Shown here: piece by piece, positions 36,101 through 48,512 of the stretch
Layout: each line of letters starts with the position of its first letter
How positions within the stretch are numbered: position 1 is the stretch's first letter
Source: Blasia pusilla
Taxonomy: Eukaryota
DNA: 64,000 nucleotides
Direction of reading: 5' to 3'
NCBI GenBank assembly: GCA_050084515.1
Contig: CM114271.1
Location: 15,562,001-15,626,000 of the forward strand
Program-made: the position numbers and the translations under genes
Notes under the pieces: generated by a model
What the model was told of the DNA's origin: nothing
Databases searched by the model: none
Seen by the model: only the letters and a program-made list of their open reading frames with translations

Positions 36101-39100
36101 AGCGCCCCTCACAACATCAGCAATCTCCACGTACACGTACTACTGCACGCGCACTCTAGCTTGCAAAATAACAGCTCAACCGGTGCTAATCCCTTCAAAG
36201 AGATCTAGCATGCGAATACCTTCCTCTAGGATGCACCACACAATTGGGGTGGTGTCCAAAGGGGTCATAGTAGCACTCCTGGCTATCTCACGTTCCTTTG
36301 ATCCGTCATGCTCTGGTGAAAACGTCTTGCTCCACGCGGTCTGCACATGCTCATCGGCTAAGCGTCGAAGCTCCTCAGTCGAGCCCCAAAGCAACACCTC
36401 TCCTCCATGAAAGGATGCAGCTACCATGACATTCCTCTCCATAGAAATTTTAGGAATGAGAGTGTTCTCTGCATGGATATGTCCCTCAATCAAATCACTA
36501 GGCCAAGTGATGGCGCTGCTAAATGCTACTAAGTTTGCCATCTCTCCTAGTCGTCGCTTGATCACCCCACTAATGAATCAGACGGGTAATGAGCTAAGAC
36601 GCCCATCACCTGATTGCCATCTTGGTCTGTAGGATGTTGACTCCTCTGAGTAATCGAGGGAAAACCCCTTTGGGCACACTACTGCTCCACCATCTAAGAC
36701 GTCGTAGGACTCTGCATCAGTTACTATCGCCTTGGCTCGCACCACAGACTCATCTGTAGGATGTCCCGGGAGAATCCTCACCGCGACCTCCTATCGGATG
36801 ATAGACTGTATGGTACTCGCTCCACCCAAGGATGTCTATATCTAGAATGGACAACGCTGCACATCGGCTTTCGTCAAGCCTAATCCTTTGAATGCCGCTT
36901 TCCCCAACATCAAGGGTTGCCCTCCCGGATCCAACAAGATGCGCTGCGGTCTAAAAACTCTACCTCCTGGACTCACCAACTGGAAGACCTCTCCCTGCTT
37001 ATCCAGCAATACAACACCAAGAGCAGCCATGGCACCCTCTATCATGGGTCTAGCGGGCATCTCCATCATCCCAGCAGCCGCAGCCTGCCATGAATCTGAC
37101 GTGGATGGCCCGAGCATAGGCTCCAAGGGCAAGTTCATCACCTCCTCTGCAATCATCTCTGAATGTGATACAAGAACTCATCTCCATGCTTACATAGCGC
37201 AGCGGCCAGCCAGAAAATCTTGGTGGGCGTACCTCCCAACATCATAACATCGGAAGCAGAAAATAAAGGAGCGCGGTACACAACAATGGCCGCCCCCAAC
37301 AACGTGTTTGACACATGCTCCTCTTGAGCATCACCAATAGGAGTCGTCGTACTCGATTCTCCCATCGCCCTCCATGCTTGCACACCAACACCATCACCAT
37401 CACCAACTCTCTGGGAACTCTGATTAGGACCCATCAATGGGGTCCTCATCGCCTTGGACAACGTGAAAGACTGAGGAAGCCTGGTTTGTTTCTTGCCTTC
37501 CCCTTGCTATGGATCCAACTCTGCGGCTGCTCCACGTGTAACAACTGCGGTGGCCTCCATCTGGGCAACCCCGCACATCCAACCGGGATCCTCCATATCT
37601 CTAGCTGCTCCATAAGACGTCGATGCCATGGATTCAGCATCGGGTAACCTCAATGCCCTAGCGAAAATCTACTACTATAGCTGTTGTATGTGAGCATCCA
37701 TCTCAGCCTCATGTCTGGTGTCTCCCTCGACGCGTCTAGGTGGTGGAACTCTACCTCCTCCACGGGCAACCCTACCACCCCCTCGGGCAGCTCCAACTTC
37801 TCGTCCCCCAATAGGACCACATGGTGCACGACTAGCCCTCTAGGCCTACCCGGACCGGAAACTTGCTCTAGTGCTCTCTCTGGCCCAACAGCAAGTTGAT
37901 GGTGCGGGTCTCTATGGCATAGGCTCTCGATAACCTCCATGTGCTCGTGGTGCCACAGTCCTCTCTCGGAATCCACGTTGCTACACTGGTGGTGCAGATA
38001 CTCGTGGCTGCTCTCAGCATCCGCACAAAACCCAATATCCCAAATAACTGCCCAATACCCGAAATTCCCTAAGAGGTGCAAGGAAAAAGACAAGAATGGG
38101 TAACTTGACAACAAATATCAATGTCGCTCCTCATCAACAACAAACTTGACCCAACTCGGTCGTGAAGAAAAATTCCTCCAACTAGCATGTCGTACTCCCT
38201 GGTCTTGACGATGCTCAAATCTCCTCGATGTGCGGTGCGGGTCTAGTGGTAAGGTGCGGCACTGGCGGCACCGAATGGCTACAAATGGCACGGCACTCGG
38301 CAATGGAATGCGGCACTCAACGGCATAACCTCCTCAATCAACAAAACACACGCTATGCTCCCAATGATGGTGCGCCTCCGCAGTCGAGACGGTGCGGTAC
38401 GGCCACGAGCGGCACGACGCGACAATCGGCGGGGCGTTGTGGCTACGGGTGTCACGGCACGGTACTCAATCGTGATCGAGTAGCTACCAATCACAACATA
38501 GCTAGCAAAAAGAAAACTAAGACCCCATCACTCCAAAAAGCACGTAACATGTCGTCGATGGCAAAGCACATGCCGACATACCGCGGTTTGGTAGTACCGC
38601 GGCCGAAAATGCGACAGCGCGGCAGGGCGGCTGTTACTGCCGCCGGCTTAGGCGGGTTTCTAGGCCGTAGGCACAGCTGCAGGGTGGGGTAGACTCACTA
38701 GACTCCACACTAGGCACGGTAGTCGGCGGCTGCCGTTGAGGGCAGGATCCAGGTCGCACGGGCGTAGCCAGGAGTCGGCACCGGAAACTTGACTGGCCAG
38801 ACGGAAGGCTGGCGTCAAGGGTCTGCAGCAGAACGATCAATACTGCCGGCCGGCTAGTGCGGCTAACGGGTTAAGGTCGTGGCAGCCTGTAGAGATTTGG
38901 GCGCACCAGGAAAAGGGAGAGTGTTGAGAGCAATAGCCCCAATAACGGTGCATCAATCTCAGTCGCGAAACAAAAACTCCCCCACGGCCGTGGCAGCACT
39001 CAAATCGGAGCCGGCGGTAGGGACGAGGCAACAGGGCAGGTAACGCGGCAAGGCATGGCGCACGCAGAGTGGTTGTGGCCAAAGCCACCCAACAGGACTA

Positions 39101-39938
39101 GGTGGTGTGGCACCAAACTACGGCGGCATAGGCAGCAGGAAACCCGGCAGTCAACAATCGAGTCTGGAAACTACTTAAAACACCCCCTCCAACTTAGGGT
39201 CCGCCATCCTCACTTTGCTCCAAAACCTAAAATCGTGCTGACATATCCCCTTACAAATAGAGTCAACTCACTAAACATAACTTTTTTACTCACTTCTCTT
39301 CCAAGTGACAAGCCCACTTATCTGGTCCACTAGAACACATAAAGTTTTACTTTTCTTCCTCTCCAATAAGGATTTTACCAAAGGAAATTTCAAATTTCAC
39401 TCACACGGTAGCACGGTGGCTATGGCAGCTTGCTCAATCAGCCACAACTTTGTGCTCCAAACTCAGAATCGTGCAGTGTTTCTTCAGCAGCATACACAAC
39501 TTCCCGATCTATGACTTCCTCCATAGGAAACCAAACCCACTCTCCTAATGAGAGGTTTGGTTTATACACACAAGGCAAGGAGGACCATAGCTCCGTCGCC
39601 TCATGCTAAGAGGTTCAACAAAGAGAGAATGAGCTCTCAAGCTCTCTCTCTTGGAGGTATATGCCCTTCCGTCTCCCAAACTCTCTTCTCGGTAACCTAT
39701 GCTTGCAAGTCACCTCCTTGGCTCTTGATCTGCTGTAGTGGGTCAAGGGCCACTTCCCAAAATAGTAACTTTCTTTATATGGCTCCAAATGAGCCGAAAC
39801 AAAGGGGAAACCTGCTCTCTCAGGTGACCCGTGGCCTCAACATGTCATCCTAGACCTATTGAGGCTATCCTCGAGTATCTCCGAAGGCGCTCTACTAGAT
39901 GATCTAGATCTTGCCGATCGATCCTAAAAATCGTGATA
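33176..39938 (-). mobile_element. DNMT-carrying Ty3/Gypsy retrotransposon, copy 2 (both termini, internally deleted)
   Basis: 4-bp TSD TATC (33172-33175, 39939-39942). B2 33176-33303, A2 33304-33812, B1 33815-33942, A1 about 39527-39938. Protease and DNMT are retained; gag, RT, RNase H and integrase carry large deletions. Confidence 0.93.
35290..36215 (-). pseudogene. C5 cytosine DNA methyltransferase domain (copy 2)
   Basis: MLDLFEGISTG (motif I); VIDGWPCQGQS (PCQ 35941-35933); DSRSRLFWEMMRIL; YILENVP (35815-35807); LDPVSVGSRAYRMRL*WTNL; EREQGMGFP; SRRHVLGQAIDL. Confidence 0.92.
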
Positions 39939-40110
39939 TATCCGTGGCATTTATTTGGGAAAAAATTGTGATTCATGCTTAGTCTAGCAGAAAGCACATT
40001 CAGATGCATTCTCATTTAATTGGAAAGAAATTATTTTAAATTAAAAATATTGATTGTATTTGATAGTTCAATTAATAGTTCTTATATCTTCAAAGGGTTA
40101 AGTTTTGAAA
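39939..40110 (+). pseudogene. Ty1/Copia RNase H remnant, 3' part
   Basis: Joined to 33175 across the TSD it reads YGDNIRGIYLGKN...RKHIQMHSHLIGKK (compare YCDNxSAIxLAKNP...TKHIEVHYHFIREK). Confidence 0.8.
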
Positions 40111-41005
40111 TTAGTTAGTTTGCTTCCCTTGTCCTCCTTTCCAAGCTAAGACAATGATGAAATTCTATCACGATATATACTTTATGGTCCTAATACGATT
40201 ACTTTACATATCCAAATGAAAATCAATGAGAATAATCAAGTAAGCATGAAGCCAATAAATTTCGAAGATTTTTCTAAAATTCATCAAAATCAATAAATTT
40301 TACATCATCATTTATGTTATTTTCTATTATGTTAAACTCCAAAAGTGATAACACATGTCCAAAGGCTTTACACATTTTAATTTACCATTGATTCAAGGGG
40401 GTCTCTAGAAATAGCTAGCCCTAGCACTAGCCATGAAAACTTTCAAACAAGACTATCAAAGCTCAAATAATTGAGAAACTTACATATACATAGACTAGTA
40501 AGTTCCTCATATGACCACCAAATAAGCTCAAACCAAGGGAAAATCTATTCTAGCAAGTTATCCTACTTTGCAATAGGTTATCCATGACCTACAGTCACCT
40601 ACTAGACTCAAACTTTGATCTCCACCGAAGCATCACACGAGAACTTGTCGTTCCACTATAAAAAATATGAAAATGTCTGCTTTGGTGTTACCAAAGATCA
40701 ACGCACCTCTACCTCTTATTTTGGATCTACTCTCTCTCTCTCTTCATGGATCATTGATAGATGCCAACTCCCACCTCAAAATAGCCCTCCAATTGGATAC
40801 GTCACAGCTCTTAGATTCTTGCGCTGCCAACACTCATGCCTCTTGCTCCGTAGTACCCTTGGATGTTATTGCCACCAACTGCTATGCAACAATCGTAACT
40901 GGATAACAAAGATCCAAAGTGAATTGGCTATTCTTTATTGTCGTCACATTATTTGATATGCTCCCTTTATTTCCAAAATCTATCTCAACGGCTACTCGCA
41001 TACCA

Positions 41006-41314
41006 TTTTCATGAACAAACCAATAAGCCTTGAGCCCGCCCTAGCCCGTTGGACCGAAAGATGGTCTGCCAGATCAAATTTTGCGTGCCTTGAGCCCGCA
41101 TACGGGCCCATGGCGGGCCTCGAGCCCGTACCCAGTGCCTGCGTCGAGCCCGCCCTAGGTCGGGCTGTGATCCATGCATGTGCAACGGCTACGTGCGGGT
41201 TCGGGCGGGCCCTAGGTACTTGGGTCCGCACGGACATGTCCATCCATAGGATGTACATAAGTCCACGGCCATGGATATATCCACGGGCACGGTCTTTGTC
41301 CGTGTGCAACCTTG
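41006..41314. mobile_element. hAT-type MITE, left end eroded
   Basis: Right terminus GTCCGTGTGCAACCTTG and the same GC-rich GGGCCC/GAGCCCG internal motifs as the other copies. Confidence 0.7.
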
Positions 41315-41716
41315 ATACCTAAGGGTGGTAAAATTTTGCCTCTCTACGGGGATGGTAATGGGTTGTGAAGGTTTACCATCCCATGTAAATAGACCCATAT
41401 CCAAGGGTGGTAACATGCAAACCATTTCTACTAATGTCGGATTCTTGGTCAATAAGTGAGATCTTATCCATCCACACGTCACTCTAACTGACTCACTAGC
41501 ATACATCTCTTGCAATAAACATTGAACTGGATAAATTTTTTGTTGTAGAAAATTAATGTTGGATCTGACCAACCTCGTCATTTGGCCTCTCAAAAGAGGT
41601 TTCACAATTTTTGGATGTTATGCAATTAGTTATTTTTTTTGGAAAATAATGAAATTCAAGCAACATCGTGAAAATTTGGCAGAGTATGCTTTTTTAAACA
41701 TTGTTCCAATTATCCA

Positions 41717-43680
41717 ATGACAGATACTCAGACTGCTACAAAGAAGATCTATAAAAGTTGCTGGATCAATCCAACTATAGTTTTGTTGGAAATCAAATGC
41801 TTCATCTACCTTAAAGAAGATCTGAACAATAGTAGCTACATAAGAAGGGAGATCGGCCAACTTCCCATGGAGAATATGAAGGTGTGGCTCTTTGAAAATC
41901 CTTACATCCTCATAGTGTCATTTTTGTTATGGTTCATCGTGTTTATTACGCTTCAATGGAACAATGGGATCTCTCCAAAGCTCACACATGTAAGTTTCAT
42001 ATTCTTGAAGGAGACCATGCTGCAAGGGCAACAGATAGGCATAGTGGTCGTGTATACAGGTCTATAAAATAAGGAGAATAAAACCTTGGTCTAGGAATTG
42101 ACTAGAAATATAGGAATAACATAACAACTATCACCAAGAAAGAAGGGCTTCTTCATCAAACACCAAGAAATCCACTCTCCTCAATTGAGGGATAAATGTG
42201 GGCCGGAGTGCAGATTGGTATATTGGATTCTGGAAATAGGAAAGGCATTCAGAGGCATACCCCCCTCTTTCAGGTTGCTTTTTGTCTTGAAGAAGTTTGG
42301 AGGTTTTCGAACCAGATCTCGTCAATGTATGTGAAGGTTGGAACTCCTTGGCCAAAAGAAAATTCCTCTTGAGAAAATTTCAAAGAAGGAAATCAAATCT
42401 AAACTTCATCCAATGCTAAATAAGGTTTGAGAGGATTTGAAGTTGAATGATTGGAATGCACTTCAAGTTATAAAGGATGATACAATCCTTGGTAAGGGTT
42501 GTAAAAGAAAATTTCTCAATTCACCAAATGGCCATTGATGCGGAGAATCTCCTTAAAATTAGTCCATTATTCATTAATATAGCTTTAGTCGATGAGTGGG
42601 ATGCATGCAAGGAGACCTACATCGAGGAGACGAAGGAAGAAATGTTGGAGCCTTTCATTCTTGTGCTCAAGGTTTAGGTAATATTTCTTTTCATGCCACA
42701 ACCTTTGATTAATTTCCAAGTTCTTTTGTTATTTTTTGAAAACTTCCAAGAATTTCAAAGTGGTGGGTTCCATGAGTGCTCCAAAATTGGATTGGTTGCA
42801 AGACTCTTCAAGTAGCTCATCACTTCTAAGAGTATCTCAAATGTAATCAGTTGCATGACTTATCATGCGACTAATTACTTCTAGGAGTGTTTGAAATGAG
42901 TTTGGTTCCATAAGTGCTTACGCAATTGATCACTTCTAAAAGTATCTGAAATATGATTGGTTGCACTATCACATGACGAAACATACGGCCAGAGCTCCCT
43001 TCTAAAAAAAAGATCTTTTTGAGATTGCTAATGTTCCCTACTAACTTAAGGATCAAGAGTTGAAAACGACTATCCTCCCTTCTCAAAACAAGATATTTTT
43101 GAGATGATCGAAAGTTTCAAGCACACTACAACAAGTAAGGTTTGGAGGTTTGTCATTTGTCTTGCAATGGAGCAAGAAATTTTTTATGAAGCCAAATATA
43201 AAGAACCAAATCTCAAGGAATCGTTTGGCATTCTCTTTTGAAATGTGAACAATCGGTTACCATCTTATCTGAGTAGAAAGAACCTCGGACCTACACATTG
43301 CTGAACCTTTTGAGAGCCACTATAATGTTGAGTTTGCAGAAGTAGTGACAAAAAAATATACATATCTAGAAAATTACATAGTTAACCCTTATCAAAAGCA
43401 AGTCAAAGCTATGATTTGGTTTATGTCTCATTTCTCACATGTGGGAGATTGGGTGATCAATCTATGTGTAGGTATTGGTACGACTACTGTAGTGTTATTA
43501 TACCAAGGTAGAGATTGTTGTAAGGTAGGGATAAGTCAACAACAAGTTGATTTTATCCAACAGAGAATTACAAGAATGCCACTTAAGTTTAAGGATGAAG
43601 TGGACCATGGCTACTCTTGTGCTTTTGGGATAGACAAACCAATTGAATTTGCTCAAATTGAGATTTTTGTAGTTGAGTGA
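41717..43680 (+). pseudogene. Decayed ParB-like plus beta-class amino-DNA-methyltransferase (N6A/N4C, N6_N4_Mtase-like)
   Basis: ILEGDHAARA (42001-42030, ParB/Srx-like GxH); IANVPY (NVPY 43030-43041, motif IV D/N-x-P-Y); NPYQKQV (from 43384, compare HPTQKP); GDWVINLCVGIGTTTVV..GRDCCKVGISQQQVDFIQQR (compare GDxVLDPFxGSGTT..GRxxIGxE). Confidence 0.72.
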
Positions 43681-44399
43681 AAGGAAGAAAAGGAAGAAGA
43701 TCCTGCTAAAGAATAGAATATGGAGGAAGAAGAAGCAGCTAATATATAGAGACATGATGTTAGCTTAGATCTATGAATATTCCACTTATCAAATAACAGT
43801 GCAATTTCTCCAACCTGACATATTCTTGTATTTTTTTGTCTTTTCTCTTGTAATTATACTTTTCTTTATTCCTTATGTATCAAAGTGATTGATCGTAGGA
43901 CAATATGCATACAACAAATCTAATTGGTCAAAGGACAGAAAGTTTTAGGAGAAAAGTTGGAGGTTCGTTGTACAAATTTTGATTCGTTGTACGATAAAAC
44001 ACTTAAACAATGCTAGGAGTCCACCTACCTTAAACCTACAACTAATCCACCATAGGAAACAATACTGCATGCAATAAATCTAATTGGTCAAAGGACAAAA
44101 CTTGTGATTTATATTAGAAGAAAAGGTGGACAATTCTTATACAAAATATGATTGATCGTATGAAAAAACATTTAGCAAAGGTAAGAATCTACACACCTTG
44201 AACCCAAATCGCATTGGTCATAGGATTTAAATTATTTCCTCAAGACCAAACAAGTTTAGATATCTAACTCCTTAATTTTGTGTTTCTAAAGACATTTTTA
44301 TCAACTTAATTTCTCTTCTTTTCAAATTGTTTAAGAGAAAATTATAGGCAAACATATGTTTCTCTCCTACATCCAATCTATCCTTCTTCTCCTTCCTAG

Positions 44400-46214
44400 A
44401 AAATCTATTCATGAATTTTGGAAAATAAAAACTTGTAATAGTTTCCCCTATTATATTTAACCATATTATGGAAAGGTTCTTTGAGAACCCATTTACCTTA
44501 GAAAGAATCTTATCTATTTACACCAACCAAAACACTCTTCATATAGGATCTTCTTCAATTGCCACTACAATCATTGTGGATTCTTCAAGGTCGGAGAGAT
44601 TGCCCAAACTATCAACTTGTTTTCTTTGAGGAATAGTGTCCATCAACTGGAAAGGTCCCCAACTCTCTCAATTCTAATGTCTCATGATCAAATGTAATTG
44701 GGCTTGCCATGTGTTGGATTGGAATACTCTGATGTACATGAGAGGAACTTGAATGCCATTCCCACAATTTAGACCACGTTTGCGATAAAAAACGATCACT
44801 TAAGATCTCTCGTTGATTCCAAAAATAAAATCTGCCCGCCATCCTTTTGAAAATCTTCAGAATAGACATTCCCAACGTCAATTTCTTTTGTGTTGTCCTT
44901 TAAAATCCAAGAAAGAAAGGCGACCTTGTAGACAATTGCTTCCCCCATATGAATGTAGCACCATCTTCAACTTTATGGATTCGAAATTGCCTTTGGAAAG
45001 TGCATCTTGTAGATCTTTGATTGGAGAAGTTGTCAAAATACTTCTTTCTCCACTAAGATATTTAGATATGCAAGTAGATATTTTCTCAAATAGTTTTGCC
45101 AATCTCCAAGTAGAGGACCACAACGAACATTTCCTTTCCATTCTTTGATAATATTATGTAGAATTGTCATGGTCAAATTCGTATTATTATACATGTTGGG
45201 GTAGTTCAAAAAAACCCTAAATAATGACTCTTTGGTGAAGATAAGACAACTTGCCATATGAATGGATATGAATACCTCTCATTCATATTTTTTGGAGTGC
45301 AAATGAAATGAGGAAGTTCGGTTTTCTTCTGGTCCATCCTATTGCTACTTTCCAATGAGGTGAAACACTTATTGTGATACTTTGCAAATTTCTCCCTCTT
45401 TCATTTGTTGATTTTGTTATGTAGCTTATACAAACATGTTATTTTTTGTGAAAAAATTTAGGAAGTTTTCAGACTTTCACTCAATCCCAATCTTCAAACA
45501 AAGTGTGAAAATTGAACACTTTCGATCTCTAACTTATAACTTAGAGTGATCATGATCGATCATAGGACTCTTTTTCCAAATTATATTTATATCAGTGCTA
45601 TAGCTCAAAATTAGTCGTTGAAGCACTATTGTGAATAAAGTATCATACGGCTAATCACATTTTGTTTTAATTCTCTACGCTCATGACTTAGAGTGAGAAA
45701 TCATATGACTTAATCTTGTAAAATGTGTCCTACAACCGATCATTTAACAACACTAAATTATATTTTGTGAATAAATAAATGTTTTGATTTGTTTCTAATG
45801 ACCATTTATGTTTCCCTCCATGTTATAGTCCAACAATGATTGATCATAGAACAAGTCTATTCCATAATTTACTCTGATATCATAATTGAAAGCGTTAAGT
45901 TTGAAGGGCCAAAACATACCTCTTTCAAAAGGTAATATTTCTTGATCGCGCAACGTCTTGAACTCAACACATGTTGAACATGTCGACATACAATTCCACT
46001 TTGGAATTTTCAAATGATAGAATTCTTTCCTCTTTAATCTCACAAAAGAGGAAAACAAAAAAATATTTTTGGCGTGTAATATTTCAACTTTTGCTCCATA
46101 CAACAAGAAAATTTCCTTGTTTGTATAATTATCTAGAAAATGAAAGAAATTCTTGTTAGGAAGTTGTTCCATGTGTCTCTTAAAGAAATTAGAACACCAT
46201 TCCAATGCGAGCAA
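44400..46214 (-). pseudogene. Decayed Sola-like DDE transposase
   Basis: HLKIPKWNCMSTCSTCVEF, MDQKKTELPHF (about 45310-45340), NTNLTMTILHNII. Superfamily call is from remembered motifs only. Confidence 0.5.
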
Positions 46215-47109
46215 TTATGATACTTTTGAACATATATAATAGTGTTTGTTTCAAATTTTGCGGCAGTAAACCAAATAGAGGTCGGTCATTTTGTGAGAGA
46301 AGGTTTTTGAGCTACTTGCAAACAATTTATGATTTAGCATTTATCCTTTAGTCATTTCTCTCCTTCCCCTCCATCTCTTGTTGCCACACATGATCTCAAA
46401 AGTGATCGGTCATAGGATTTTTCTCTCCTACCTACATATAAAGAAAGCTAAGATAAACCTAAAATTGATTGGTGATTAGAGCTTACAACCAAGATGCGTA
46501 CGCCTCCTTTGGAACTCTTTCTTGACAATTCTCCCTAGAGTGATTGGTTGTGGGATATTTGGGGTGGAAAACTTTGTGGTACTTGCAAATGATCATACCT
46601 CTCTCCAAATTTCTCTCTTTTATTCAAACAAACTACTTGTCATTTAAATAATGGTTTTATCACAGATATCGAAACAAATTTGACACTTAAGGCTTCATTT
46701 TTTCTACGTAAAATATGGTTGGATGATAATTTTTTTGGACAATCGGAAAATTGGTAGAGTTGCATTCAAAAGTTAATGAAGCGTTCAAAGAAATAGTAGA
46801 CATCTCTATATAATATTCTATAATTTGAAGACTAGTTCCTTTCTACCCTCCAGATGACGCGTGCAAAATGACGCCTAGAGTTGAGTATTTATATTCTATT
46901 TATGTTCACAAATAAATTCCATGACGTATGGCTAGCTATCATTTTTACATTATTCCTAAAATTTACTTATGAGGTAAGCCTATGTATTTCCAAACTATGT
47001 TCTAAAATACATTTATATCTAAATTCTCTATTGTAAGGTTTTATTTTTCTATGGCATATCACTTTACATCTAGAATCTTAGTTACTTACAATTTCTTAGT
47101 TGTTTAGTT

Positions 47110-47330
47110 GCATATGATCCATAACTTTCCGTCTACAATAAGAGTTCTCTTACACCAAAAAGTTTAAAACCATCCTACTTTCCATCTTCAATTGGAATTT
47201 TTAATGTGGGAATTTTTAAAAGTATCCTATGACTAATCACTTTCCGTCTTTAATTGGATTTTTTAAAGATGCAAAGTTTTAGAATATCCCATAACAAACC
47301 TTTTTGTCTATAATTGGAAAATTTTGCACT
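47110..47330. repeat. Degenerate ~55-60-bp tandem repeat, possibly subterminal
   Basis: About 4 copies of ATCCYATRAC...TTTCCGTCT..AATTGGA. Confidence 0.5.
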
Positions 47331-48179
47331 TAAAGCTATGGACTTCGTTATCTTACAATTTTAAATACATTGTCAAATCCCAATTGAATGTTGTATTGAA
47401 CCGCTTTTTGGAGTAAATTACTAGTATGTCATAAAATGTCAATATAATATATTTTACCTCATTTTTTTATTAACCATATATTTATTAATTATGGTGTTGA
47501 GAAATTGCAATGCACTCCAATTAGCTAATTTGGTTCAAAGTTTATTCATTGATTATGCATTACCTTGATTGGATCAACTACTATGGTTAAAAAACCTAAT
47601 CCCGGTTGAAATTTTTTTAAATGGTTTCAATTATTTTGATTACCAGAAATTCCTACTTTCAACTCGTACTTTAATTTGCATATAGCCTCAAAATTATGGC
47701 AAGTAGTACCATAATTAAATGATTTCATCACTAAAATAAGTTAGGGAAAAATACCTATGTTGAATTTGTGGTCAATTTCACTACTTTTGAGAGACTCGAT
47801 TGGTAAGATTCAATGTTTATCTAGCTTTGTTCTAAAATTGAAGTTCATAGACACATCCTAGTTCATGGTTGGATGAATCTAGTCATTTTCTTTGTGGTGA
47901 AGGGTTTAGGGTTAAATATCTTGCCAATGGGTTCTCCCATTCAAGTTAAGATTGAAGGATTCATAATTATTTAGAGTCTAAGGTTAAGGTTATGACAAAA
48001 CCATGAATTTTATAGTTCAACATATTACCTCTTAAATACCACTCCCTAGATTGGGGCGAGAGTTAACCCCAAACTGACCATCACATCCGTTATATAGATG
48101 TGGCCCAAGTATGTTGGGCCCATGCTTATCTCTAGGATCTGAGATGGGCTTTTGTCGCTCCGTCCTCTCCCCACCCTTT

Positions 48180-48512
48180 CAAGGTTGCACACAAAAAATG
48201 TCCATACAGGCACAAGCACGTACGGCCCGTACACCAGCCCTCCCCACCCGCAATGTACACCTAGGTTCAACCAACACGCACCTAATCTAAGAACCCGTTG
48301 CCCCTTCTTTAGTGCACCCTAAGCCCGCATTGGCCCACGGTAGGCCCATAGCCCCGCCCTCCGCGGGCTTAGGGCGAGCCGATTCCTACCCATCTCCCTT
48401 AATTTGATCCCGCACCCATTCCCACATACCGACCTTGTACACACCACGAGGATACCATTTTACCAAACAAATCCGGGGGCTTTTTGGGCATGTCCGTTTC
48501 CATGTAACCATG
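48180..48512. mobile_element. hAT-type MITE
   Basis: CAAGGTTGCACAC / CATGTAACCATG termini; flanks CACCCTTT / CCCCCCTTT resemble a degraded TSD. Confidence 0.7.

Noticed and set aside
40480-40600. Weak similarity to the reverse complement of repeat A
   Set aside because: Too diverged and short to call a fourth copy; may be a generic LTR motif.
40347-47352. Possible TIR pair GATAACACATGTCCAAAGGCTTTA (40347) and its inverse near 47331-47352 around the MTase/transposase unit
   Set aside because: The match needs gaps, the context is AT-rich and there is no TSD, so it is not reliable.
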